Below are positions 1 to 9,026 of a stretch of 42,704 bases of DNA, in pieces. Location: sequence record SRR16133337_22365; one strand, 5' to 3'. Both the position numbers and the translations under genes were made by a program. Each line of letters begins with the position of its first letter. The first letter of the stretch is position 1. The notes beneath the pieces are model-generated. The model searched no databases and had not been told where the DNA came from. It worked only from the letters and a program-made list of their open reading frames with translations.

Positions 1-30
1 TCATTTACCCACCCAGCCTGTGATGATGCA
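1..30. repeat. 30-bp terminal direct repeat (left copy); probable circular-assembly overlap
   Basis: TCATTTACCCACCCAGCCTGTGATGATGCA at 1-30 is identical to 42675-42704 and lies inside a gene that reads through the junction. Confidence 0.95.
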
Positions 31-920
31 CCTTGTGCTGCTCCCTGAATGTTTAAGACGTTAATATAGTTAAGCCAAAAATTAGAATAACCTATGCTAG
101 AGTTGGTTGGTGAATCGGAGTTCTCAACATCGAGCTTTAATGATGCGCACACATCTATGGTTATGTCTTGATTTTTAGTTCCTTTAACAACGCAAAGAGG
201 TGTTGTTTCATCTCTAGCTTCATCGCTTCTAATTCTTGTTATTGACTGTCTTTTATTTAGCGAAGAGTTTGAATCTCCACCAATTACGCAAAACCAAGAC
301 GTATCTCCAGTGAAGTCAAGTATACCGTCAATTTCAACCTCAACCCCTCTAAAGTCAACAAGTCCTGAACCCTCAAGCTTAATTGTTCCGCTGCCTATTA
401 GTTTTGATTCTGATGATTTGCAGTAATCTATAGCGCTAATAACAATGGCGTTGTTAAGCGATGAGCTTGCTGATATCTCGCCAAAAGCCTCAATATCAAC
501 TGGCCCAATCTCTTTGAAGTCTGAAATATCTCCAGACGCATCTGAAATCCTCTTCCAAATTGTCAGCGACGTTCTACACTTGTCACCAACTTCCGCAGCA
601 ATAGGAACCCCAGCAAGCATATCATCGACATTATCGTAAACTATGTCTGTGTAATTACTTGCGTTATTTGCAACCACCGATTTAATTGAATCCAAAATCT
701 GAGGGTTTGTAACGCTGTCAGGGTTTCCGTTTGCAGCAATACCAGCCTCAGTTAGTGCGGATTGCTTAAAGCCTTCCCAGTCATTGCCAACGCGCTGATC
801 TAGAGGTGATCCATCATTTGATACTCCTGGGTTGGTTTCATTTTTTAAAGACCCGTCTGGGTATGCCCCATCTGGCGGATTAGCTCTTACTCCGAATTCA
901 TCTGTTACTCTGATAGCCAT
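1..920 (-). CDS. Tailspike / receptor-binding protein, 5' part; continues across the circular junction to 41762, about 610 aa in total
   Basis: ATG at 920 overlaps the upstream stop (TAATG). Open frame MAIRVTDEFGVRANPPDGAYPDGSLKNETNPG... runs to position 1 and is in frame with ORF 41762..42529 once the overlap is removed. VDIEAFG...NNAIVISAIDYC resembles a beta-helix cap. Missed by the ORF track. Confidence 0.85.
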   Translation of the reverse strand, partial: MAIRVTDEFGVRANPPDGAYPDGSLKNETNPGVSNDGSPLDQRVGNDWEGFKQSALTEAGIAANGNPDSVTNPQILDSIKSVVANNASNYTDIVYDNVDDMLAGVPIAAEVGDKCRTSLTIWKRISDASGDISDFKEIGPVDIEAFGEISASSSLNNAIVISAIDYCKSSESKLIGSGTIKLEGSGLVDFRGVEVEIDGILDFTGDTSWFCVIGGDSNSSLNKRQSITRIRSDEARDETTPLCVVKGTKNQDITIDVCASLKLDVENSDSPTNSSIGYSNFWLNYINVLNIQGAAQGASSQAGWVN

Positions 921-1621
921 TAGTTACTCCACTTTGATTTCATTGACCATAAAACCTCTGCACTTCCAGAAAATGATGTCTTTATAAATATTTCATTAAT
1001 CTTTCCTGTTGTGTTATCTGTATCTACAATCATGTTTACATTTTCACTAGTCCCAATGTGAGTCGCTTGGATGTCGTCTCTGTTTTTGTCAAAACCAGAG
1101 GCTAGATTTACTGGTAGTTGTATTGATGCTGGTTGCTGGGATGAGCTGTAAGCAAAGCCCTTCCCAAACATATCCAAATCTCCATTAAAATACTTTTTTG
1201 CTGTTGCTGTTGCTGTAATAATCTCTTCGTATGGATACTCTCGCCACCTATCGAGTGCATCTGTTACTGGATCCACTGCATTGCTATCTCGACCGCTATC
1301 TTGATTGCAGTAGTATTGCTTACCGTTTGATGCAGTTACAATTGTTCCGACTGAGTAGTTGCCAATTGCAGACCATCGGTTGTTTAAAAGCGCATCAAAA
1401 ATCTGACTGGCCGTGCCTACATCCTGAACTCCATTAGGCGTGATTCCAGATGCGATAAATAGCGCCTGATGTAATGAATCCATATCATCAAACCAAACCT
1501 TGTCAAAGTAAGAACCATCATTAGAGCCTACAGCTGTTCTGTTTTTACCTGAACCTTGTGGTGAGTTTGAATCAGGCACATTCCAGCGCCCTGGATATTG
1601 AGTTGATCTAATTACGCTCAT
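920..1621 (-). CDS. Short tail fibre protein: N-terminal baseplate anchor, CBM5/12-like module, gp53-like C-terminus
   Basis: Follows the baseplate wedge genes; N-terminus is paralogous to the tailspike; WSAIGNYSVGTIVTASNGKQYYC resembles a chitin-binding-type module. Confidence 0.7.
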   Translation of the reverse strand: MSVIRSTQYPGRWNVPDSNSPQGSGKNRTAVGSNDGSYFDKVWFDDMDSLHQALFIASGITPNGVQDVGTASQIFDALLNNRWSAIGNYSVGTIVTASNGKQYYCNQDSGRDSNAVDPVTDALDRWREYPYEEIITATATAKKYFNGDLDMFGKGFAYSSSQQPASIQLPVNLASGFDKNRDDIQATHIGTSENVNMIVDTDNTTGKINEIFIKTSFSGSAEVLWSMKSKWSN

Positions 1622-1623
1622 AT

Positions 1624-2352
1624 TTAATTACCTGTATATCCTGCCATTTGTGAGAGCTCATCGCCCATTTCGAAATCTTGATTTCCAAACTCAATTAAGT
1701 CTGTAGTTTCAACGAAACCTAAATATCTAACACCTTGAGGTTTTGGTACAACTCCATCTTGCAAAAGTATATCTCTCTCAATTGCAGATAGATCTCCAAA
1801 TATTTCAAGTGAGAATGTCATATCCTCACTATCCTGAAGTGTTACATTTTCCGCTGATGTTGCAATTATCTTTACAGCTTCAATTATATCATCAATCGTT
1901 GCATCAGACGTATTCTTGGCAACTTTGGATTTTAGAAGAGGCCTAAAGTACAAATCCTGAAGCTGACTATCCGCCCCTATAGACGTTTCAGACATCTGTG
2001 CCGCAGGGTCGCCCATCTCGCAATCCGGAGTGAGAGTTATTGCATTTGCATACTGACCAGCTCCGTATTGAGTGTTCCCGTAACCAACATAGTTAGCAAC
2101 AACGGTTTCTTCAGCGCCGAACTCACAAACCTCTAAAGGCGTGTCGATAATGATACTTCGATCTGTTCCGATTAATCGGCCAATAACATCAAGCTGAGCG
2201 CCAACGTTTGAGTCAATATCGTATGAGTTAGTAACTGACTTGTACGCACTGCATATCTCATTACCAATATCAGGAACGATTCCATACCAAGCGACCGCCT
2301 TTGGTTTGTCTCGGTATTGGTTGTAAATCCTATCGTAATTCAGACATGTCAT
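1624..2352 (-). CDS. Baseplate wedge protein (DUF2612-like)
   Basis: RIYNQYRDKPK, GAQLDVIGRLIG and VPKPQGV motifs; follows baseplate J. Confidence 0.8.
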   Translation of the reverse strand: MTCLNYDRIYNQYRDKPKAVAWYGIVPDIGNEICSAYKSVTNSYDIDSNVGAQLDVIGRLIGTDRSIIIDTPLEVCEFGAEETVVANYVGYGNTQYGAGQYANAITLTPDCEMGDPAAQMSETSIGADSQLQDLYFRPLLKSKVAKNTSDATIDDIIEAVKIIATSAENVTLQDSEDMTFSLEIFGDLSAIERDILLQDGVVPKPQGVRYLGFVETTDLIEFGNQDFEMGDELSQMAGYTGN

Positions 2353-3545
2353 GAAATACCCACCGTTATATTTCCTTCAGTGAATCGAGATAGCTCATTG
2401 AACGCGATAGCTACATTAGACGACAATCCATTTAACGTTAGAGTGTCTATGTATGAGTTACCGTACTGACCGATAACTTGGTTGATTGGCGTATACATGC
2501 GACTAATTGGAACATCCTCGCCAATATCAAATCCATTACCATTAAAACCACAAGTAGGGTCAAGTAGGTCGCCGCCAACATAATCAAGGATTGCAGCCGT
2601 TATCAATTCGTCAGCATTGCCCGGTAGAGTTCCATCATTAATGATCGCAACAACAATCACAACATCAATGTAATCTGGTCGGCTGAATGTGATGTCCTTT
2701 TGATTTCCAGTTACTGGAGATGTCACAGGAACAACTACGGGAGTATTAACAGGGTGAAGCAATACTCCCGGATTCTTTTTGACGTAAATTGATAATGCTA
2801 CATCTTCATCAGTACCACCATCTACGATAGGTGCGATAGAGTGAGCTGGCAATCCATTAGCATCAGTTGCGTTAGTGTCATTTTCAGGAATCGAAACACG
2901 TCGAACGCCTTCTGTTGTTTGAATTGATGAAACCATGTTATCAACTTGGTTACTGCCAACCTTTGCCACGCTTCTGTTTCGAATGGCACGAAGCTCTGCA
3001 TTCGTAGGTGGATTAGAGCCAGGAGTTGCTACTGCTAGGTTGGTTACAGACTGCCAACCACCAGTTGGAGACTTAATGATTGAGATATCACCAATAGACG
3101 CCTGAGTATCGCCGTTAACCGTGCATGTTGCTGAAATAGATGCTGACGTACCATTGATAATAACCGCTGCATCAGTAGTCCATTTGGAACCATTGATAAG
3201 GGATTCAGCGATAGAACCAGCAGGAATTACAGTGCCATCAGTACCGGTAACAGTTAGCGGTACGGTTGAAGGGGTTCCAGTAGGTCGAATCTTGCCAGTC
3301 GTAAGATAGTATAGAGTATTTAGCTCAACGCCCGATGCCTTGTTAGGGTCTTTGGAGTTGTAAGCCTGCAATCCTAGCTCGTCCAGTGTCGCCCAGATTT
3401 CCGCATCACTAGCCAGTTTTAATCCGTCTGGAGTGGAAGGGTCTAACGACCAGTTCGAATCTATCGCAAGGTATCGCTGCCTTTCTTCTTCGTGCCACTG
3501 GTTTTCTGTCTTAACGACATAGCCGTTAAATGTAATTTCAGCCAT
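2349..3545 (-). CDS. Baseplate J/gp47-family wedge protein
   Basis: 398 aa; GTDGTVIPAG, GWQSVTN, ENDTNATDANGLPAHSI motifs; synteny. Confidence 0.9.
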   Translation of the reverse strand: MAEITFNGYVVKTENQWHEEERQRYLAIDSNWSLDPSTPDGLKLASDAEIWATLDELGLQAYNSKDPNKASGVELNTLYYLTTGKIRPTGTPSTVPLTVTGTDGTVIPAGSIAESLINGSKWTTDAAVIINGTSASISATCTVNGDTQASIGDISIIKSPTGGWQSVTNLAVATPGSNPPTNAELRAIRNRSVAKVGSNQVDNMVSSIQTTEGVRRVSIPENDTNATDANGLPAHSIAPIVDGGTDEDVALSIYVKKNPGVLLHPVNTPVVVPVTSPVTGNQKDITFSRPDYIDVVIVVAIINDGTLPGNADELITAAILDYVGGDLLDPTCGFNGNGFDIGEDVPISRMYTPINQVIGQYGNSYIDTLTLNGLSSNVAIAFNELSRFTEGNITVGIS

Positions 3546-3895
3546 TAGATCCCCTCTGCAGTGAGAGAAACCTCACCATAAATAGTTAAAACACTTACGT
3601 CTATTTTATACTCTCTGGTGTCCAAATCAAAATCTGCATTGTAAGAGGTTATCTGTTGCACTCCGTCAGTCTGTGAAATTACACGCCTAATGATAGCGTC
3701 AGACTCGCTTAAGTTTGCACCCTTAATCAATATAGACTGGAACCACGGCGTACCCTCCGTGATATCCCGAAAGAATTCACCGCGGAATAATCGCAACCTC
3801 GTACTTATGTTTTGAGCCACCTCAGCCTGTTCATTGATAAACTGCTGGCCGCTTGTTGATATGTCGCCATTGCTATCTAATCGTCTTACGGTCAT
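3545..3895 (-). CDS. Baseplate wedge / sheath-initiator protein (gp46/W-like)
   Basis: RRLDSNGD...AQNISTRLRLFRGEFFRDITEGTPW motif; synteny. Confidence 0.8.
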   Translation of the reverse strand: MTVRRLDSNGDISTSGQQFINEQAEVAQNISTRLRLFRGEFFRDITEGTPWFQSILIKGANLSESDAIIRRVISQTDGVQQITSYNADFDLDTREYKIDVSVLTIYGEVSLTAEGI

Positions 3896-4581
3896 TAGTT
3901 ATTATCTCCAGTTACGCCACTTCCTGCCGGGTCTGTCCATGTGTAATTGTGGTCATGGTCTGATAATTCCTTACCATTACCAACAATGCTAGGTGATACC
4001 ACAGAGGTTTGAGCTGTTACAGTTCCGGTTGATGTTGTATTGCCGGTCTGATTGGTGTCGCCAGTGTGGACTATGTTCCCGTTAACGAATAGGGTATCAA
4101 CCGTAATCTCTCCGGTGTTGTCATTTTTTAGCCACATGTATCGAGAGCCATCCTTATTTCTGATTCGCATCCCATCGTTCGAGAATGATTGAATCTTGTT
4201 TGGCTGACTTCTTAACCCTGGAATAAACATCGCGTCATTAATGTCGTGAAACTGAATTCTGGTTTGCGGGGCAACGCCGCCTTGATCCATCCAAGCATCG
4301 ATGCAACGCTGTGAGAATATTACAATACCCTCCGCGCCTTCATCTATCTGGTACTCAAGAACAAAGTCACAACCAGGAAACTGAACAGGACATTCAATCA
4401 AGGGGGACCATTTCGAGCTATTGCCATCTTTATCAATTCGCTCAATGCTTACCTGAATTTCAGCTAATTGTGTGTTAGGGTCGAACTTTAGAAAGCTACC
4501 AGGTATGGCGGTATTAACCAGCTTTAATCGCTGACTAATACCATTACCAATAGCTTCTGTTATCGTGGCCTTATTGCTCAT
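3895..4581 (-). CDS. Baseplate central spike (Gp138-like)
   Basis: CPVQFP, FSQRCIDAW, HDINDAMFIPG motifs and C-terminal HxH (HDH) metal-binding tip. Confidence 0.9.
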   Translation of the reverse strand: MSNKATITEAIGNGISQRLKLVNTAIPGSFLKFDPNTQLAEIQVSIERIDKDGNSSKWSPLIECPVQFPGCDFVLEYQIDEGAEGIVIFSQRCIDAWMDQGGVAPQTRIQFHDINDAMFIPGLRSQPNKIQSFSNDGMRIRNKDGSRYMWLKNDNTGEITVDTLFVNGNIVHTGDTNQTGNTTSTGTVTAQTSVVSPSIVGNGKELSDHDHNYTWTDPAGSGVTGDNN

Positions 4582-5435
4582 CTGAACCCCGTTATTTTAG
4601 TGTCCCACTCATCACCGTAAGAATCCCCACTGTGCTCGATGCGGAAGATTCTATACACACCCAAACCATCGCTAGGCTTGATGTTTTGAAAGTAGATATT
4701 GCTGAAGTTAAAGGTTTTGTACTCAGAGGAGATTTCGAATCGACCGAATATTTTAACCTTCGGATTCATCTTAACTACTACGTCTGCGCCTTCCTCTGTA
4801 ATTTCAGGTTGGCCAACCATGCCGGTAAACTGAGAGACTTTAGTTATTGCGCCTTCTCGGTATGAGTCCAAGCCTGTAACGATGATTTTATCATTCTCGA
4901 TCACATAGTTGAAACCGTTCTCTTTGGCTAACTTCTTTAGGTACTCGTCAGGAGACCCATTAAGAGCGCGACCTCTTGAGAATGGTCTAGATGCTGAGAA
5001 GTCATTAGCATTAATTACTAGTGACAATCCCATCGCATCAGCGCAAGCCTTAATTACGTCAGGGAGCACAGTTCCAGTTCCTAGTGTTTGGTAGATACTT
5101 GAGTTATCACGCGCCAGAGCGCCAGAGCGGCAGATTAAACGCGTTATTCTATCTGCGCCTCGCTTATCTCTTATCAGGTTGACTAAATCACCTTTAAAGA
5201 TGTAATCCACGTTATCTTCGTAACCGCATCTAAACGCTACCTTCTGGCCAAGTTTAAACACCTTAGCTTCGGTATCTCGTGATAATCCATAAATCTGGAT
5301 GTCAGCGTATGACGTATAGCCGCCATAGTCGTGAAGTATTTGAAACACAACTCTAAACTGTCTACCTGTGGTCTCTAGGATGAACTCTTTACTATCCAGC
5401 TCAAGAGAAAATACTCTGTTATAGAAGTTACTCAT
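4578..5435 (-). CDS. Baseplate hub protein
   Basis: IQIYGLS, CGYEDNVDYIFKG, TGMVGQP, HSGDSYGDEWDT motifs; synteny. Confidence 0.85.
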   Translation of the reverse strand: MSNFYNRVFSLELDSKEFILETTGRQFRVVFQILHDYGGYTSYADIQIYGLSRDTEAKVFKLGQKVAFRCGYEDNVDYIFKGDLVNLIRDKRGADRITRLICRSGALARDNSSIYQTLGTGTVLPDVIKACADAMGLSLVINANDFSASRPFSRGRALNGSPDEYLKKLAKENGFNYVIENDKIIVTGLDSYREGAITKVSQFTGMVGQPEITEEGADVVVKMNPKVKIFGRFEISSEYKTFNFSNIYFQNIKPSDGLGVYRIFRIEHSGDSYGDEWDTKITGFR

Positions 5436-5715
5436 ACCACACCAGTGCGTTATCTGTACCTAAGTTATCAAGTGTGGGCTCATCACCAACAAAGAAGAAT
5501 CGACCAAGACCAGCTCCGTAAGTAATTGAAACCTCACAGTCAGGCTTTAGCATTACGCCGGACATCTTACTTACACCCTCAACTGATACATTCATTACCC
5601 AATCGCCAGTTAGGGTTACGTAGTTGATAACCAGCTCGCAAAAATTATCGCCCAATTGAACGTATTGAGTTTGATGGGAGTTAACCGCCCCGCCGACTAA
5701 AGGAATTGTGATCAT
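5428..5715 (-). CDS. Baseplate plug / small baseplate protein
   Basis: 95 aa ending GDEPTLDNLGTDNALVWYE; lies between organiser and hub. Confidence 0.75.
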   Translation of the reverse strand: MITIPLVGGAVNSHQTQYVQLGDNFCELVINYVTLTGDWVMNVSVEGVSKMSGVMLKPDCEVSITYGAGLGRFFFVGDEPTLDNLGTDNALVWYE

Positions 5716-6368
5716 AAAATAGCCTCCACTTGAGAGGTTATTTTACCAGAAGGTGCAGAACCTAGCACCTCACCCTTATTTACATCTGCAGCAGCCATAG
5801 TTTGTGATGGGTCTCCAAAGTTTAACTGACCTTGACCTGGTTGATTCTGTAGAAGAACAGTTGATAGTAGTGGTAGCTCTTGCATTTCAGCGACGAACTC
5901 AAGACCGTTTTCGTTATTGGTGTTGCGAGTTCTTCGGATTGAGGTGATTACCATGCTCTTTAGTTGGTAATCTACTGCGTCCACGTCAAACGGAATTCGC
6001 GAATACTGTAGGCCAATCAATAATTCCAAAGTCGCACCCGCACGCGTACTGCTTGAACCAGCCAGGAATCCAGCACTCAAACCGGCAACTGTCGACACTA
6101 AAGCTGAATCAAAGAAGTTAGAAACAACGCCGCCAGCAAAGTCTGTAAGGCCGGGTGAGATTGGGTTGTTAGATACAGCGCCGGTTAGTGTGTATTTTAT
6201 TGGCCTAATAATGCCGTGGTCACTTGCGTCAGCGCCTAGCTCTATAGGGAATTGAGTGTAATCAACCTGAGTTTCGATTGTATCCTCAATGACCGCATCA
6301 AAAACAATGGGGTCGCCCCCTGCGTTAATGCTTGGTGATTTCGCCGTAAATAAACTGATGATAGACAT
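5712..6368 (-). CDS. Baseplate organisation / tube-initiator (Dit-like) protein
   Basis: FDAVIED, TQFPIELGADASDH motifs; directly after the tape measure gene. Confidence 0.8.
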   Translation of the reverse strand: MSIISLFTAKSPSINAGGDPIVFDAVIEDTIETQVDYTQFPIELGADASDHGIIRPIKYTLTGAVSNNPISPGLTDFAGGVVSNFFDSALVSTVAGLSAGFLAGSSSTRAGATLELLIGLQYSRIPFDVDAVDYQLKSMVITSIRRTRNTNNENGLEFVAEMQELPLLSTVLLQNQPGQGQLNFGDPSQTMAAADVNKGEVLGSAPSGKITSQVEAIL

Positions 6369-7600
6369 TAACCAGCCTCCGAGTTTGATAGGTCTTGAAT
6401 TGCTTGCTCAGCCTGCTCGCCGATAACCTTTGTTACACTACTCTCAACAACTTTACCATCAAGTATAGTTTGATGATTAATCGTGATTGGCTGTGCTGAC
6501 TGTTGACCGCCTTGATTATGAATGTAAGATGAAACTGGAGTTGCAGATGATGAGCTAAGCATTTCGTTTAGCGGTGTGTCTAGGAATCGCGTAACCGCGT
6601 TGTCACCGAATACGCCAACGGCTGAGTATTCCTCACCTTCACCCGCAGCGGTAGCTACAGTATAGAGAGCCGTTGCAGCAGCAACCCACGGAGCCGCAGC
6701 GGCAGCGCCAGTAACAAGCGATGCGGAAATTCCCGCAACCAATACAGCTACAGATTTAAGCCCAGCAATAACACCAGCAGCCGCAAATGAACCTAAAGCA
6801 ACGGAGATGATTTCAATGTTATCGCCAATTACCTTTCCTCCAAAACTAGCGAACTGATTGATTATTTCACGGTTAACACCTATCCACTGGTTTGTCTTGC
6901 CGATGACTTCCGAGATACCTTTAACTAATGGTGTTGCAATCTTATCAGCGAACCCGCCGACGTTAGAGTTAATGTCTTGCCATTGGTCGTTAAATGCAGC
7001 CGCAGAGCTGGTCATGTCATCGGTAACAGGTCGAAGTTTTCTCTCTGCATCAACCGCAGCAAGAATGCCATCACGACCACTACGGAGTAATCCCACCTCT
7101 GCATCACTGAACCCTAGCGCCTGTATGAATCTCTCTTGGCGCTTAAGGTCTAATCCTTCCATTGCATCAGCAGCGGCAAGAAAGCCTTCTAGAGCGTCAC
7201 TAGCGTTAATTACTCGCGCCACTTGATCGCTTATTCCTTCAGGTGCTAAACCTGCAAGAATGCCAGCTTTGTTTTGTTGTGATTGAGCTTGGAGTTGGGT
7301 TAGTCGAGCAACTGAACCATAGAACTCGCCAGCAGTACCACCAGCATGCTGAAGCGCCCTATCGAATGTAATTACATCCTCAGCGGCTACATTAAACCTC
7401 TGGCCAAACTTACCAAGCTCATCGTAAGCGGTAGCAAAGCCAAAGGTTAATGCGTTAGCACCGAAAGCACCTGCAACTAGAGAACCTAACTGCAGGGCTT
7501 TGGATTGAATGTTGTCTATTGAGCTTTCTACGTTATCGGCGGATTTGTCGTCCACTTGGAACCCAATCCCGATAAGTAAATTTGAAATTGTATTCGCCAC
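6368..7600 (-). CDS. Tape measure protein (short, about 410 aa; probable GTG start at 7600)
   Basis: Ala/Gly-rich helical protein, N-terminal LLIGIGFQVD, hydrophobic segments; first gene of the baseplate block. Confidence 0.85.
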   Translation of the reverse strand: MANTISNLLIGIGFQVDDKSADNVESSIDNIQSKALQLGSLVAGAFGANALTFGFATAYDELGKFGQRFNVAAEDVITFDRALQHAGGTAGEFYGSVARLTQLQAQSQQNKAGILAGLAPEGISDQVARVINASDALEGFLAAADAMEGLDLKRQERFIQALGFSDAEVGLLRSGRDGILAAVDAERKLRPVTDDMTSSAAAFNDQWQDINSNVGGFADKIATPLVKGISEVIGKTNQWIGVNREIINQFASFGGKVIGDNIEIISVALGSFAAAGVIAGLKSVAVLVAGISASLVTGAAAAAPWVAAATALYTVATAAGEGEEYSAVGVFGDNAVTRFLDTPLNEMLSSSSATPVSSYIHNQGGQQSAQPITINHQTILDGKVVESSVTKVIGEQAEQAIQDLSNSEAG

Positions 7601-7632
7601 GGTTAGCAATCCTATATCAAAGTATACCTCTT

Positions 7633-7641
7633 ATTATACCC
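7633..7641 (-). promoter_or_regulatory. Putative late promoter (-10 TATAAT, weak -35) for the tape measure/baseplate operon
   Basis: GGGTATAAT on minus strand, just downstream of a terminator. Confidence 0.55.
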
Positions 7642-7666
7642 TTATTAGGATTTGATGCCATTTAAG

Positions 7667-7690
7667 CAAAAACCCCGCAATGCGAGGTTA
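7667..7690 (-). terminator. Intrinsic terminator ending the leftward accessory operon
   Basis: AACCTCGC-ATT-GCGGGGTT followed by a T run on minus strand. Confidence 0.75.
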
Positions 7691-7792
7691 GATGAATGTT
7701 CCGATAGTCAATCCTAATGCAAACGCTATTAAGGCTATCAGGATGACGAGGGTTAGTATTAGGTTCTTGCGTTTTATTGACCTTCCTTGCAT
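7688..7792 (-). CDS. Small single-pass membrane protein (34 aa)
   Basis: MQGRSIKRKNLILTLVILIALIAFALGLTIGTFI, preceded by an AAGGA RBS. Confidence 0.55.
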   Translation of the reverse strand: MQGRSIKRKNLILTLVILIALIAFALGLTIGTFI

Positions 7793-7804
7793 GGTGCTAT
7801 CCTT

Positions 7805-8005
7805 TTAGGTGTGGTGGTTATTTGTAGCATGATTCATCTTAATCTGATTCTGCATGTTTAGCATTGCTGTTTCTAGTCTCGCTATCTCATCACGCGCTAA
7901 GTCTTTGTCTGACTCACTCTTAGCGTGCTTTAACTTCTTGCGCTGCTTTGCTATCTGTTTTCGCTTTCGTTCAATAGCGGTTAGTAGGGTTTTGTTATTT
8001 GCCAT
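7805..8005 (-). CDS. Hypothetical basic coiled-coil protein
   Basis: ORF overlapping the upstream gene end, in operon orientation. Confidence 0.65.
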   Translation of the reverse strand: MANNKTLLTAIERKRKQIAKQRKKLKHAKSESDKDLARDEIARLETAMLNMQNQIKMNHATNNHHT

Positions 8006-8573
8006 CCGTCAAACTCTTAATCCAATCTTGAAGCTCTCTGAATTGCGGCGACCAATAAGCACTTTCAACGTAGGTGTAAAGCTTAGGGTAATCATGCTGC
8101 TTTCTTTGGATAAACCACTCAGCGTCAGATTGAGTCATGTGCGTTGTAACAACTTGCTCAATCTCCTGCATGTGAAGCTTTTTCATATCATCAGGAAGAT
8201 CCATATAATCCGGATCGAACTTATCTTCAAAGTCATCATAAAGCTCATCAAATAAAGCCTCATCAATCTCACCAGCTACATATTCAACCTCTTTGTCGCA
8301 TTCATATCCAATCCAGTTAACAAGCCACTCAACTTCATTTTCAAAAATGTATTCAAACAACTCCTTGTAGCTATCGTCATTTTCTGAATGGTAAAGTGTA
8401 ACCCCCTCCTCACCAATTATCTCCCAGTGACTTTCGTTGTAACCATCTTCTGTAACAAGATATCTTTTACACCTAACCTGCCAGAATGGATGCGCCGTGC
8501 ATCGGTTTGGGTCTTCATTCATTTGTTTTGACATCTCAACCAAAAAATCAGGCAATTCAATTTTGCTGTTCAT
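7995..8573 (-). CDS. Ead/Ea22-like protein (probable ATG at 8573)
   Basis: DPNRCTAHPFWQVR and LYTYVESAYWSPQFRELQDWI resemble lambdoid Ead/Ea22-like domains; acidic middle. Confidence 0.6.
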   Translation of the reverse strand: MNSKIELPDFLVEMSKQMNEDPNRCTAHPFWQVRCKRYLVTEDGYNESHWEIIGEEGVTLYHSENDDSYKELFEYIFENEVEWLVNWIGYECDKEVEYVAGEIDEALFDELYDDFEDKFDPDYMDLPDDMKKLHMQEIEQVVTTHMTQSDAEWFIQRKQHDYPKLYTYVESAYWSPQFRELQDWIKSLTDGK

Positions 8574-8590
8574 TATATTTCTCTCATAGT

Positions 8591-8849
8591 CCAATCTAAG
8601 CGTGGGTGGTATATAGACCCATTCTCTAGATTTAAAGTTATAGTATTTATCTATCAAGTATTGCCACGAGAGTTTAGGACTCCCCAGACCGTATTAGACA
8701 ACCCTTTTGTGTGATGCGTGACCATCGGGTGAAAACTGCCTTACTACCACCAATAACGTGAACATTTATCGCCGCTTAAGCTTAGATAGATAAAAAGTTG
8801 TGGTCTTGACGGTTTAAGAATGGGAAAACTTTTAGAAAACGCCGATTGA
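8591..8849 (-). ncRNA. Candidate structured non-coding RNA domain with nested long-range helices
   Basis: Nested complementary pairs 8839-8849/8591-8603, 8817-8824/8618-8625 and 8781-8794/8646-8658 enclose smaller hairpins; no convincing ORF. Confidence 0.45.
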
Positions 8850-8867
8850 ATTTTTGCTTTTTCTTTT

Positions 8868-8980
8868 TAGTTACACACTTTGGTAGGCGGCTCTTCGAGA
8901 GTCTTGGCGGGAATCTTTCGCTCTAGGTGAGCTAGAAAAGAGAACCGCCTCCAAAATGTATAACTATCCCGCCAAGGACA
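8868..8980 (-). ncRNA. C4/CI-like antisense RNA element (cloverleaf with upstream complementary target)
   Basis: About 26-bp outer stem 8938-8966/8868-8895 with G-U pairs that work on the minus strand, and two inner hairpins. Loop UCCCGCCAAG (8903-8912) is complementary to leader CUUGGCGGGA (8967-8976). Confidence 0.7.
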
Positions 8981-8985
8981 CGTTA

Positions 8986-9014
8986 ATTATACTACCCACT
9001 CCGCACGAATGCAA
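8986..9014 (-). promoter_or_regulatory. Sigma70-type promoter driving the C4-like leader
   Basis: TTGCAT-17 bp-TATAAT on minus strand. Confidence 0.8.
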
Positions 9015-9026
9015 AGTGGGGTTTGG

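Noticed and set aside
1-1621. Diversity-generating retroelement or invertible tail-fibre cassette
   Set aside because: No reverse transcriptase, TR/VR pair, invertase or inverted crossover sites seen; the similarity between the two fibres is at protein level only.
7854-8255. Opposite-strand or alternate-frame ORFs in the track (e.g. 7854-8255, 6858-7226, 10105-10458, 21992-22384, 34894-35271)
   Set aside because: Shadow ORFs overlapping better-supported genes, without recognisable motifs.
8574-8657. N-terminal extension of the Ea22-like ORF from a TTG start
   Set aside because: The ATG at 8573 has a purine-rich RBS, and the extension overlaps the predicted RNA helices.
8580-8860. Group I intron, retron msr-msd, or hammerhead/twister ribozyme
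   Set aside because: No interrupted gene, no reverse transcriptase in the genome, and no catalytic-core consensus recognised by eye.
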